Made by a program: the position numbers and the translations under genes | Notes under the pieces: model-generated | The model's input: the letters and a program-made list of their open reading frames with translations, nothing else | Database searches by the model: none | What the model was told of the DNA's origin: nothing | IMG/VR virus record: IMGVR_UViG_3300005617_000581 | Reading direction: 5' to 3' (one strand) | Source: a virus | Length of the DNA stretch: 64,000 bases | In this document: positions 1-8,080 of the stretch, one piece after another | How positions within the stretch are numbered: position 1 is the stretch's first letter | How the letters are laid out: each line of letters starts with the position of its first letter

Positions 1-66
1 TTGAACGACGCCGAGCGTAAATCCGCCGGCGAACCCCTGACAATCGATCGCCGTGTATACCACGAG

Positions 67-516
67 CTAGACTGTATCACCAGCGCCGCAGTAACGCGTA
101 CTGCAGGTCACGGCTGGATCGTCTAGGGCGCGGTGACACCAAGGACACTTGGACGAGACGCCGTCGTAGCCGTCGGCCTGGCGCTTAGCGTTGAGACGAC
201 CCTTCGTCTCGTATCGGGCAAATACCTCGCGCGCGAGCTCGACCGGATCGTCGCCGAGCGCCAGCAGCATGTTGATCCAAAAGTGCAGCACGTCGACCAG
301 CTCGCCGACGTACGCGTCGCGCTCGATGTGCCGCGACGTTGCCCACGACTTCCAGCCAACCTCGTCGAGCGCCTCACACAGTTCCATGATCGCGGCCTGC
401 TGCATCTCGCGAATGTAGACGACGCGCTCGGCGGCGAGCATCCGCTGAAAGTTACGTCCGAACGACTCGGTCTGTAGGTCGTGCTGGAGTCGGAACAGTT
501 CCTCAAACCTATCCAT
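67..516 (-). CDS. MazG-like all-alpha nucleoside triphosphate pyrophosphohydrolase (possible dCTP/dUTP-clearing enzyme) with C-terminal Cys-rich tail
   Basis: The ELCEALDEVGWKSW and EL(a)DVLHF helices match the MazG/dimeric-dUTPase EExxE and WKxW pattern. There is a C-terminal CPWC...CSTRYC segment. It is translationally coupled to the upstream gene by an ATGA overlap. Confidence 0.5.
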   Translation of the reverse strand: MDRFEELFRLQHDLQTESFGRNFQRMLAAERVVYIREMQQAAIMELCEALDEVGWKSWATSRHIERDAYVGELVDVLHFWINMLLALGDDPVELAREVFARYETKGRLNAKRQADGYDGVSSKCPWCHRALDDPAVTCSTRYCGAGDTV

Positions 517-1208
517 CAGCGTTGCGCCTCATTCTTAATGATCTCGGCGATTGCCTCGGGCGTTCCGAGGTCGCGCGAACTTACCAACACGGTTCGGTTT
601 CGACCGCCGTGCATGAACTGGGCGAGGTACGGTCCGATCGGCAGCTCGTGACCCGGCTCGACGAAGTGAATCATGCGGTTGAGCACCGAGTAGATGTTGT
701 CGATGCTGCCGACGAACGGCCCGACCCAGCACGGAACGAACAGCTCTTCGGTGTGCGGTAGTACCTTCTCGCGCCAGACGTTGTCGTCGTCGAGGAACGT
801 GTACCGCTGGGCGTCCTCGACGTTCAACATGCGGACGCCGATCGCGCCGTTGTGCACGACCCGCCGGACGTCCTCGTCGGTCGACAGGTTGTCGCCGAGC
901 AGCACCAGCACCCGATCGTCATCGGCGCGACAGGACGTTACGCCGTACAACAGCGCGTGTCCGGGTCCGCGCGGAGACGGCTGCAGGACGAAGAAGACCT
1001 CGTCGACGTCCTCTACCTCGCGCACGATGTCGATCGAATTCTCGGGCGCGACGACGACGACGATCCGCTCGGCGCGCGCCTCGCGCGCGAGCAGCACCGC
1101 ACGGCGTACCAGCGAGACGCCGTCAATCTTAAGCAGTGGCTTACCATACGGACCGGTGATCGACTCGATACGCCGGCCGCGACCTGCGGCGAGAACTACC
1201 GCATCCAT
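516..1208 (-). CDS. Nucleotidyltransferase (sugar-phosphate / MobA-GlmU-like NTP-transferase fold)
   Basis: The N-terminus VVLAAGRGRR...GKPLL is the classic G-rich NTP-transferase signature. Length is 230 aa. Confidence 0.55.
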   Translation of the reverse strand: MDAVVLAAGRGRRIESITGPYGKPLLKIDGVSLVRRAVLLAREARAERIVVVVAPENSIDIVREVEDVDEVFFVLQPSPRGPGHALLYGVTSCRADDDRVLVLLGDNLSTDEDVRRVVHNGAIGVRMLNVEDAQRYTFLDDDNVWREKVLPHTEELFVPCWVGPFVGSIDNIYSVLNRMIHFVEPGHELPIGPYLAQFMHGGRNRTVLVSSRDLGTPEAIAEIIKNEAQR

Positions 1209-2074
1209 CGTTCGACCTCCTCGACCAGCTTGTTAACGAGGAGCTGGAGCTCGTGTCGAATAGGTTCGGCCGGCGCCGTTCGGACGCCGCGCGCGGTATG
1301 GATCGCCGCGAAGTAGACCGCGGCGCGCGCCTCGTTCAGGTCGAAGCCGCGGTCGTCGTCCAGCCACATGTTGAGTACCTCGGCCACGGCGACCCGCGGT
1401 GGGTGGACGTCCCACTTGTCGGCGACCTCGCGCCGGTTGTAGCGGATCCGCTCGTAGCCGACGGCGGTCTGGATGACGCGGCCGACGTCGAGAGCCTCCA
1501 CGTCCGGCAACGCGGAGCAGCTCGGAATCGGATCGATCAGAACCCACGAGGGCTTGGCGAACGGCAGGTCCTGACGATAGAGCAGGTTCTCGGCGATCGG
1601 ATCGCCGTGGGTCAACGCGCGTTGTAGCGACGGCCAGTCGATCGACGCGGCGTAGCGGTCCAGCGTCTTGCGGTGCTGCGCGAGTCCGGCCTGGTTGAGC
1701 AGCTTAGCGACGTAGCGCCGGTGCTGGCGCGCGTTGTAGTAGTTGAGAGCCTCGAACCCCATTCCACGCAACCCAAATCCCCACAGTCCGACCTGAAGGT
1801 TGTCGAGAATGATCTGACAGATGTTCGCCCGGTCGCAGATCAGGTCTTCCAGCTCGGGCTGCTTCAGCAGCTCCATCTCGTAGCCGTTCGCTAGCACCCG
1901 ATAGACCTGCGGAAGAGACGCAACAGTGGTGTGGTTGCGCAGCCAGATTCCCTGGTCGCGGACGCGCGTTCCGGTACGCGGGGCGTCGAACTTCTTAACC
2001 TCGTCCTTCTCGAACACCAGCGTGGCGCCCGAGGAACCGGTCTGGATGTTAGTCTTGATGTCGTCGTTACTCAC
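1196..2074 (-). CDS. APH/choline-kinase-fold phosphotransferase (possible anomeric sugar kinase)
   Basis: It has the Brenner motif HGDPIAENLL and a downstream VLIDPIP (D-x-D/E) typical of aminoglycoside/choline/hexosamine kinase-like kinases. GTG start with a 13-nt overlap with the next gene. Confidence 0.5.
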   Translation of the reverse strand: MSNDDIKTNIQTGSSGATLVFEKDEVKKFDAPRTGTRVRDQGIWLRNHTTVASLPQVYRVLANGYEMELLKQPELEDLICDRANICQIILDNLQVGLWGFGLRGMGFEALNYYNARQHRRYVAKLLNQAGLAQHRKTLDRYAASIDWPSLQRALTHGDPIAENLLYRQDLPFAKPSWVLIDPIPSCSALPDVEALDVGRVIQTAVGYERIRYNRREVADKWDVHPPRVAVAEVLNMWLDDDRGFDLNEARAAVYFAAIHTARGVRTAPAEPIRHELQLLVNKLVEEVERWMR

Positions 2075-3429
2075 AGTCCCAACCTCGACTCGATGATCTT
2101 AAGGTAGTCCAGCGCGGCGATCGCGTCCTCGAAGTGTCGCCGCTGAAGCGTTACGGCCCACGTCCAGACCTCGCGGTCCACGTGAACCATGCGCACGCGC
2201 CGCGCGAGCTCCTTCGGCGACTTGACGCGCAGGAAGTCGTGTAGCTCCGTCGGCGCGCCGTTCAGGACGTGGTCCTGGTCGTCGTAGCGCGGGTGAAAGA
2301 AGCAGACGACGCCGAGGGCGAACGCCTCCCACGGCTTAGCGGTCGCCCAGCCCGAACCGGACGCGGGGGTCGTCAGCGTGCTGTGAACCGTGTGCATCGT
2401 CCCGGGGTAGTCGGCGAGCGGCAGCGGCTCGATCTCGCGGTTCAGGATCCGCCGCGACGCCTCGGACCAGTGCCCGTGCACCCACGCCGGATCCAGGGGG
2501 AGCACGTACTCCTGGAGCGCGCGCAGCCGCGACCTCTGCGGGGCGACCTCGCGCTTGGTCTCGTTGACGACGATGCCGAACGCGGCGCGGCCGTCCCAGG
2601 TATCGTCGAACTGCAGCGTATCGCCGAACGGCGTTCCAGGAATAAGTGACGAGATCTCGAGCCGCGCGTAGACGTTGCGTACCCGCGATTCCCAGATGCC
2701 GTCGTAGCTCTTCGCGGGAAACGCGGCGAGCAGTTCGTCGCCGCGGCCGTAGCGCTCGTGCTTCGCCGTCGAGGTGAACGTGTACTGCGACAGTACCGGG
2801 TGGCACCACGCCCACGCGGCGTCGCGGAACTTGACGTAGTTGCGCGCGTCCGAGTTGAGCAGCACCTCCTCGCGCGCGATCGGGTCGACGTCGCGCCACG
2901 CGTTGACGTTGTGCAGCAGGTAGCCCGCGTACAGCGTCGCCCAGTCGTACGGCTTCGTCAGCGTCGACCGGTCGCGGATCGACGGCAGCGGCGAGTTCGA
3001 CGTGCCGTGCTGGCCGATCCACATGACGATCTCGTCGAGCGACGCGAACGTATCGCGTGTCAGATCCACCATGAGCTGACGAACCCTTAGGTGATCGTCG
3101 ATCGTCAGGTTCGAGTAGTTCAGCCCGTCGGCGTTGAGCCGTTGACGCAGGATCGGCGCCCAGGTGCGCCACGGATTGAGGACGTTCTCGGGTAGACCGA
3201 CATCGGTTGGCTCCTCGCCCGAGTTGCGGCCCACTAGGAGGAAGTCGACGTCCGGGTGTCGTTCGGCGAGCAGCTTGAGGGTCGGTACCATCTCGTGATC
3301 GCCGCCGAGGCTGCCGCAGTTGGCGAGCTGAAGCGGCATGCTGCGGCCGAGCTTCGCGTAGCCGATGATCTTCCGTCTCACTTTCGTCTCCCTCTCGTGG
3401 TGACCGAGGAGGACTGCGTCCTCGGCCAC
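2071..3429 (-). CDS. Hypothetical 452-aa protein; possible Rossmann/GT-B-like transferase acting with the adjacent kinase and nucleotidyltransferase
   Basis: The N-terminus KIIGYAKLGRS...DVDFLLVGRNSGEE is a Rossmann-like beta-alpha-beta. It sits at the head of the nucleotide-modification gene block. No decisive motif was found. Confidence 0.3.
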   Translation of the reverse strand: MAEDAVLLGHHERETKVRRKIIGYAKLGRSMPLQLANCGSLGGDHEMVPTLKLLAERHPDVDFLLVGRNSGEEPTDVGLPENVLNPWRTWAPILRQRLNADGLNYSNLTIDDHLRVRQLMVDLTRDTFASLDEIVMWIGQHGTSNSPLPSIRDRSTLTKPYDWATLYAGYLLHNVNAWRDVDPIAREEVLLNSDARNYVKFRDAAWAWCHPVLSQYTFTSTAKHERYGRGDELLAAFPAKSYDGIWESRVRNVYARLEISSLIPGTPFGDTLQFDDTWDGRAAFGIVVNETKREVAPQRSRLRALQEYVLPLDPAWVHGHWSEASRRILNREIEPLPLADYPGTMHTVHSTLTTPASGSGWATAKPWEAFALGVVCFFHPRYDDQDHVLNGAPTELHDFLRVKSPKELARRVRMVHVDREVWTWAVTLQRRHFEDAIAALDYLKIIESRLGL

Positions 3430-3469
3430 CGTACCAGTTCTAACCTACGCCCCGCAAGTCGGTCTTGAT

Positions 3470-4024
3470 CTAGCCGACCGGCGTCGTGAACGGGTCGTCC
3501 GGCGCTGGAACCGACGGCTGACGTCCGAGCTCGGCCGCGACCGCGGGCGGCGTAGAAGGCGACGACGGGCCGGCTGCGGCGGGCACGACGAATCCGCCGA
3601 GCTGCCCGCCGGAGCCTCCGCCGGGACCTCCGAGGGCCTTCTTGTACTCCTTGATGTTCTCCCGCATGGTGCCGTTCCACTCGCGCGGTTCGACGACGGC
3701 GACGGCCCGGCGGCCCAGCAGCGCCTGCGCAATGACGTCCAGCGGGGCGTTCGAGTTGCGCTGGAAGAAGCCGCTGTCCAGGCCGAAGATCGCCATCTGG
3801 CCGAAGAAGATCCGCATCGCGTTGCCGTTCTCGGCCGAGATGACGAACTGGTCGAACAGCGTCTGTCCCGCCTTCGGACCGGACTCGACGCGGTGCTTAA
3901 CCTTGATCATGGGTTTGTCGTTGGACGACTTCGTGGCGACGGATTCGACGACCACGACGGTGAACTCACCCTCGAGGATCGTTGTGGCGTCCTTGTGGAG
4001 GCTCGCCCAGTTGATGGTCGACAA
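3470..4024 (-). CDS. DUF669-like phage single-strand DNA-binding protein candidate with Gly/Pro-rich C-terminal tail
   Basis: 184 aa lying directly downstream of the Sak4-like ATPase, which is a conserved phage pairing. It has a low-complexity GGPGGGSGGQLGG tail. Confidence 0.4.
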   Translation of the reverse strand: MSTINWASLHKDATTILEGEFTVVVVESVATKSSNDKPMIKVKHRVESGPKAGQTLFDQFVISAENGNAMRIFFGQMAIFGLDSGFFQRNSNAPLDVIAQALLGRRAVAVVEPREWNGTMRENIKEYKKALGGPGGGSGGQLGGFVVPAAAGPSSPSTPPAVAAELGRQPSVPAPDDPFTTPVG

Positions 4025-4034
4025 CGCGTACTCC

Positions 4035-4802
4035 TTACCGGTTGGGATAGATCGCGGCCAGCATGTCCGCGATGTTCGGTTCCTGGATGATGTCGGGAAG
4101 CCGCCCCTGAACGCGCTCGCCGACGACGTACGCCGGGTTGATACCGGCGCCGATCAACAGCTTCTTGTGCTTGACGTTTCCCTCCGAGCCCGCCTCGACC
4201 TCGGTGTAGAGGACGCCGCAGATGTCGACCCAGTACGGAAGCGTGTCGCGGATGCCGCCCTGCATGAACGGCCGCCACTGGCCGTTGTGCATCGCCGTCT
4301 CGCAGTTGAAGACGACGCACCGGATCGTGTTCGGCTGGAGCGTCAGGTCGCGGAAGCCGCGGATCAAGCCGTCCATCTGGTCGAGCAGCTGTCCCCAGCG
4401 CTGCTGGTCCATCAGCGCCGAACCGGTCCGGATGTTGGCCTTGCACCGGCGCTGGATCTCGGTGATCGAGTCGAGCACGATCGAGACGAAGTCGTTGTCG
4501 TACTGGGTCAGCGCCTGAAAGACCGCGACCATCGTCTGCCACGAGTCGACGTGTACGCGCGCGACGTCCCACGTGCCGTCGTAGCGTGGGATCGGCTCGG
4601 TGACCGGGTTCCACGTGATCTTTCGGAGCGGCTTCGTGCCGCGGTAGCCGATGTGATCTATGAACTTCCAGCTACCCTCCGCGTCGATGACGAGGATCGG
4701 TGCCGGCGCGGTCGACGACAGCGTCGACTTACCCTCCTTGGACGCCGAGTGGATCAACATCGAGACGACGTGATCCTTATCGATGACGCGCTCGTACGTC
4801 AC
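4035..4802 (-). CDS. RecA-like NTPase (AAA_24 / Sak4-like recombination ATPase)
   Basis: Walker A is SASKEGKST, followed by a RecA-like core. Position between the SSB-like gene and the Cas4-like nuclease fits this call. Confidence 0.55.
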   Translation of the reverse strand: MTYERVIDKDHVVSMLIHSASKEGKSTLSSTAPAPILVIDAEGSWKFIDHIGYRGTKPLRKITWNPVTEPIPRYDGTWDVARVHVDSWQTMVAVFQALTQYDNDFVSIVLDSITEIQRRCKANIRTGSALMDQQRWGQLLDQMDGLIRGFRDLTLQPNTIRCVVFNCETAMHNGQWRPFMQGGIRDTLPYWVDICGVLYTEVEAGSEGNVKHKKLLIGAGINPAYVVGERVQGRLPDIIQEPNIADMLAAIYPNR

Positions 4803-5785
4803 TCAACCTCCCTCTCGATTCGATCCCCGTAGTAGTCCAGGGGATCGTGCCTTACGTACATGTCCTGGATCGCGTCCTCGACGCGTGAGCCGTCGTCGAA
4901 CATGCGGCAGATCTTAAAGAAGTCACACTTCCACACACAGTCGCGCGACGGGCGCGACGGCACGACGTCCTGCGACGGCTGGCCGGGACCCGTGGATAGG
5001 AACAGCGACGCCTGGACGATCTGGCCGATCGTCCGGTCGAGCTGGCGCCGGTAATTGGCAACCTCGTGTTGGTTGTGGTCGATCGCGACGCGCCCGTAGA
5101 ACGGGGGCCGCGCCTTGTCGGTTCGCTTCACCTTGCGCAGCATGTTGTACAGCGCGCCGGTCGCGCGCTCGAGCGGATCGCCCGGCTGCATCCAGTCGAT
5201 CAGGTGGTAGTGCAGCATCTGCTGGTTGATGCCGAGCGTCGCGTCCGTCAGCGACTGGACGCTCTTATGGTCGATGAAGCCGCGGCGTCCAGCTTCTGGG
5301 TAGAAGATCTTAGCGTCGAGCTTGCCGATGTAGCGAACCTGCGCGCCGTACATCTTAAGCAGCGGCGACTCGACGTAGGTCTCGGCCGCGACTACCTCGA
5401 ACGCCTGGTCGGCGCCCGTCTCCTCGATCCAGTCGAGGTACCCCTCGATCATCGCGCGCTCGAGGTCGAACACCGAGTGGAGCTTAAGTACCTCCTGCGA
5501 CCACCTGAAGTGGTCCTCGTCGTCCCGCGGTTCGTCCAGTCCGGTCTGGATCGCGTCCCGCTGCTGCGCGACGCGCAGCGCCGTCAGCGCGCCGGTCGTC
5601 TGCGCGGGATCGTAGTGCGACGCCAGCGCAACGTGAATCCGCGTACCGGTCGAGCGCGCGTCGGACGTCGTCGTCGCGCGCGGCTTAAGTGCTCTATGCC
5701 AGCCCAGCCACCACCTACGCGGGCAGTCCTTGAACGTCTGGACCTCGGAGTTCGACGCGAGAAATACACCGTCGACGAACGTCAC
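4799..5785 (-). CDS. Cas4/RecB-family PD-(D/E)xK exonuclease with Fe-S cysteine cluster
   Basis: There is an N-terminal CPRRWW, an IDHK (D-x-K) motif, and a C-terminal CVWKCDFFKIC triad, giving the four-Cys Cas4-type arrangement. Confidence 0.6.
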   Translation of the reverse strand: MTFVDGVFLASNSEVQTFKDCPRRWWLGWHRALKPRATTTSDARSTGTRIHVALASHYDPAQTTGALTALRVAQQRDAIQTGLDEPRDDEDHFRWSQEVLKLHSVFDLERAMIEGYLDWIEETGADQAFEVVAAETYVESPLLKMYGAQVRYIGKLDAKIFYPEAGRRGFIDHKSVQSLTDATLGINQQMLHYHLIDWMQPGDPLERATGALYNMLRKVKRTDKARPPFYGRVAIDHNQHEVANYRRQLDRTIGQIVQASLFLSTGPGQPSQDVVPSRPSRDCVWKCDFFKICRMFDDGSRVEDAIQDMYVRHDPLDYYGDRIEREVE

Positions 5786-7662
5786 TTCACATCTCCTAGG
5801 TTGCTATCCATGATTCGCTGTTCCTCGTCGTCGAGCTCGTGCGTCGACAGTCCCGCCGCGGCGAGCCGCGCGCGGTCGCGGGTAATCTCCTCGAGGCGCA
5901 TCGCCTTCTCCCACAGGCGACCGACCTGCGTCTCCTCGACCGTGCCCCGCGCCACGAGGTCCATGACCTGGATCGACTCGTGAACCTCGGATCCGATGCG
6001 GTGTACCCGGTCCTCGGCCTGGACGTTGTCGACCATTGACCACGAACGTTGCATGAACACTATCAGGTCTGCGGCCGTCATCGTCAGTCCCGTACCACCC
6101 GCCTTCAGGGTAAACAGCAGCACCGACAGCTGTCCCGACTGAAAGCTGTTCAGGATCGCGTTGCGTTCGTACGTCGACTGACCGCCGGTGATTAGGCCGT
6201 GGTGAACGTGCAGCTTCTCGAGGCGCGCGGCCGCGAGTTCGACCAGCTGGCGGTGCTCCGCGGCCGCGACGAACGGCCGCCCGGCGCGTTCCTCGACGAT
6301 CTCGACGAGCGCGTCGACCTTCGGCGACGGGTCGCACATGCGGTAGCCGTCGGGTGTCGAGTGCATGGAGGCGCTGGAGAACTGTAGTAGCCGGATCTGC
6401 GCCACGAGGTCGTCCTTGGCAACCATCAGGGAGCCGTCCTCGAGGCGCGTCACCAGCGACTCCTCGATCTCGCGGTAGGCCTTGAACTGCTTCGGCGTCA
6501 GCTCGACGTGGCGCGTCGTCCGGACCTTGGGCGGCAGCTGCGGCAGTACGATCTTCTTGAGCATCCGGCGAAACCTCGGATCGAGGATCTGATAGAACTC
6601 GTCCTTGTGCTCCGGGTTGACGCCCTTAACCTCGAGTCCGCCGTATGTTCCCCACGCGAGTAGGCAGTAGCGGTCGACGAACGCGGACCTACGCGGGTAC
6701 TCGACCGGGTCGACGAAGTGCCCGATCGACCACAGCTCGGACGGGTCGTTGGCGATCGGCGTCCCGGTCAGCGCGAGCCGCCGCGTCACGGTTTTACCGT
6801 GGCCGACGGCCCAGCACGCGCGCGTCTGCTTCGCGTGGGGATCCTTGATCCGGTGCGCCTCGTCGACGACGACCGTCCTAAACGCGATGTCGTTGAGCTG
6901 GCGCGGGTGCACCTCGCAGCGCGCCGCGGTGACGCGCGGATCCTGTCCCCCGCAGTCCGGACACGACGCGAGTCGGATCGAGCCGAACGGCGCGAGCCGC
7001 GAGTGGCCACGTACCGCCTCGATGTTGATGATCACCAGCGCGGAGTCGTCCTGCGCGGCCTCCTTGAGTATCTTCGCGCGCTCGGCGGCCGAGCCGTTGA
7101 TGACGTACGACCGGGCCCACGGGAACCACTTCCACGCCTCGTCGCGCCAGTTGAACTTCGTCGAGTTGGGGCAGATCACCAGCGCGGGAAGCGCGTCCTC
7201 GAGTTCGTTGAGCAGCGTCAGTACCTGGATCGTCTTACCCGTGCCCATCTCGTCGGCGAGCAGCGCCGAACCGGCGACGTGCAGCCAGTCGACGCCGACG
7301 CGCTGGAACGGGTAGAGCCTTCCGACGTCGCGGTCCGTCTGGCTGAGCTCGCGCAGCAGCAGCGACGGCTCAACGCGATCGCGCCGGTGCGCGACGATCA
7401 ACGCGCGCAGTCCGTCGCCGTACGTAATCGTCGGAAACATGTAGCGCAGCTGGACGCACGACGCCCAGGACGGCGACAGCGTCCACGCCTTGGTGGTCGA
7501 GTTCCAGCGCGCGCCGGGAATGCGCTTAATCTGCTCCTTCTCGTTCCACAGCGTCTGGACGACGATCCGGTCTTCGACGAGCTCGGCGTGGGGCACCGGG
7601 TGAACCTCTCGTTCTCTAGATTCCGACGATGCTGGCGAACGTCTCGGGAAACAGCGAGGCAA
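5782..7662 (-). CDS. SNF2-family DNA helicase/translocase with inserted zinc finger
   Basis: Motif I is LADEMGTGKT, motif II is DEAHRIKD, and there is an inserted CPDCGG...CEVH zinc finger. The C-terminal helicase domain has QSTYERN. Confidence 0.7.
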   Translation of the reverse strand: MPRCFPRRSPASSESREREVHPVPHAELVEDRIVVQTLWNEKEQIKRIPGARWNSTTKAWTLSPSWASCVQLRYMFPTITYGDGLRALIVAHRRDRVEPSLLLRELSQTDRDVGRLYPFQRVGVDWLHVAGSALLADEMGTGKTIQVLTLLNELEDALPALVICPNSTKFNWRDEAWKWFPWARSYVINGSAAERAKILKEAAQDDSALVIINIEAVRGHSRLAPFGSIRLASCPDCGGQDPRVTAARCEVHPRQLNDIAFRTVVVDEAHRIKDPHAKQTRACWAVGHGKTVTRRLALTGTPIANDPSELWSIGHFVDPVEYPRRSAFVDRYCLLAWGTYGGLEVKGVNPEHKDEFYQILDPRFRRMLKKIVLPQLPPKVRTTRHVELTPKQFKAYREIEESLVTRLEDGSLMVAKDDLVAQIRLLQFSSASMHSTPDGYRMCDPSPKVDALVEIVEERAGRPFVAAAEHRQLVELAAARLEKLHVHHGLITGGQSTYERNAILNSFQSGQLSVLLFTLKAGGTGLTMTAADLIVFMQRSWSMVDNVQAEDRVHRIGSEVHESIQVMDLVARGTVEETQVGRLWEKAMRLEEITRDRARLAAAGLSTHELDDEEQRIMDSNLGDVK

Positions 7663-8080
7663 GCGCGAGCAGCACGTGGCGCTGCGCGGCGTTCGCGTGC
7701 TGGTCGCGGGACGCGACGTACCAGCCCAGGTCGCGCAGCCGTTGATTAGACGCGATCCTTACCGCGGGACCCGGGTTCTGGTGCACCAGCTGCGCGCCGA
7801 GTTCGTTCGCGATCGCGTCGACCTGGCCGAGTACCTCCAGCGCGTGAGGCTGACGCGTCTTACGCGATCCCTGGACGAACCTCTCGATCGCGAAACACGT
7901 CGGACCCTGGGGTGTCGAACGCGGCGGCCAGTGGTGGTCGTCGAGCATGCGCCGGATCATCGTCCCGACGGACGACGCCTGGACCTCGGAGGTTTCCGGT
8001 CGGACGCAGTCGTCGCACCAGAGCGCGAGGCCGGTGACCTTGCCCGGATCGACGCCGAAGATAATCACTCGTCGACCCAC
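7616..8080 (-). CDS. RuvC-like Holliday junction resolvase
   Basis: The N-terminus IFGVDPGKVTGLALW matches the RuvC GIDPG-TG motif. Length is 154 aa. Confidence 0.65.
   Translation of the reverse strand: MGRRVIIFGVDPGKVTGLALWCDDCVRPETSEVQASSVGTMIRRMLDDHHWPPRSTPQGPTCFAIERFVQGSRKTRQPHALEVLGQVDAIANELGAQLVHQNPGPAVRIASNQRLRDLGWYVASRDQHANAAQRHVLLALASLFPETFASIVGI

Noticed and set aside
2336-3172. 278-aa Arg/Ala-rich ORF on the minus strand (and similar ORFs at 123-506, 3907-4614, 6718-7749, 10544-11260, 12680-13777, 12736-13854, 16268-17026)
   Set aside because: These sit in alternative frames of well-supported genes. The R/A/G/P-rich, low-complexity translations are the usual spurious open frames of 65-70% GC DNA, and none has motifs or RBS support.
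3642-4832. 396-aa plus-strand ORF antisense to the Sak4-like and SSB-like genes
   Set aside because: It is entirely antisense to two motif-supported genes, with low-complexity translation, so it is an artefact of GC-rich sequence.
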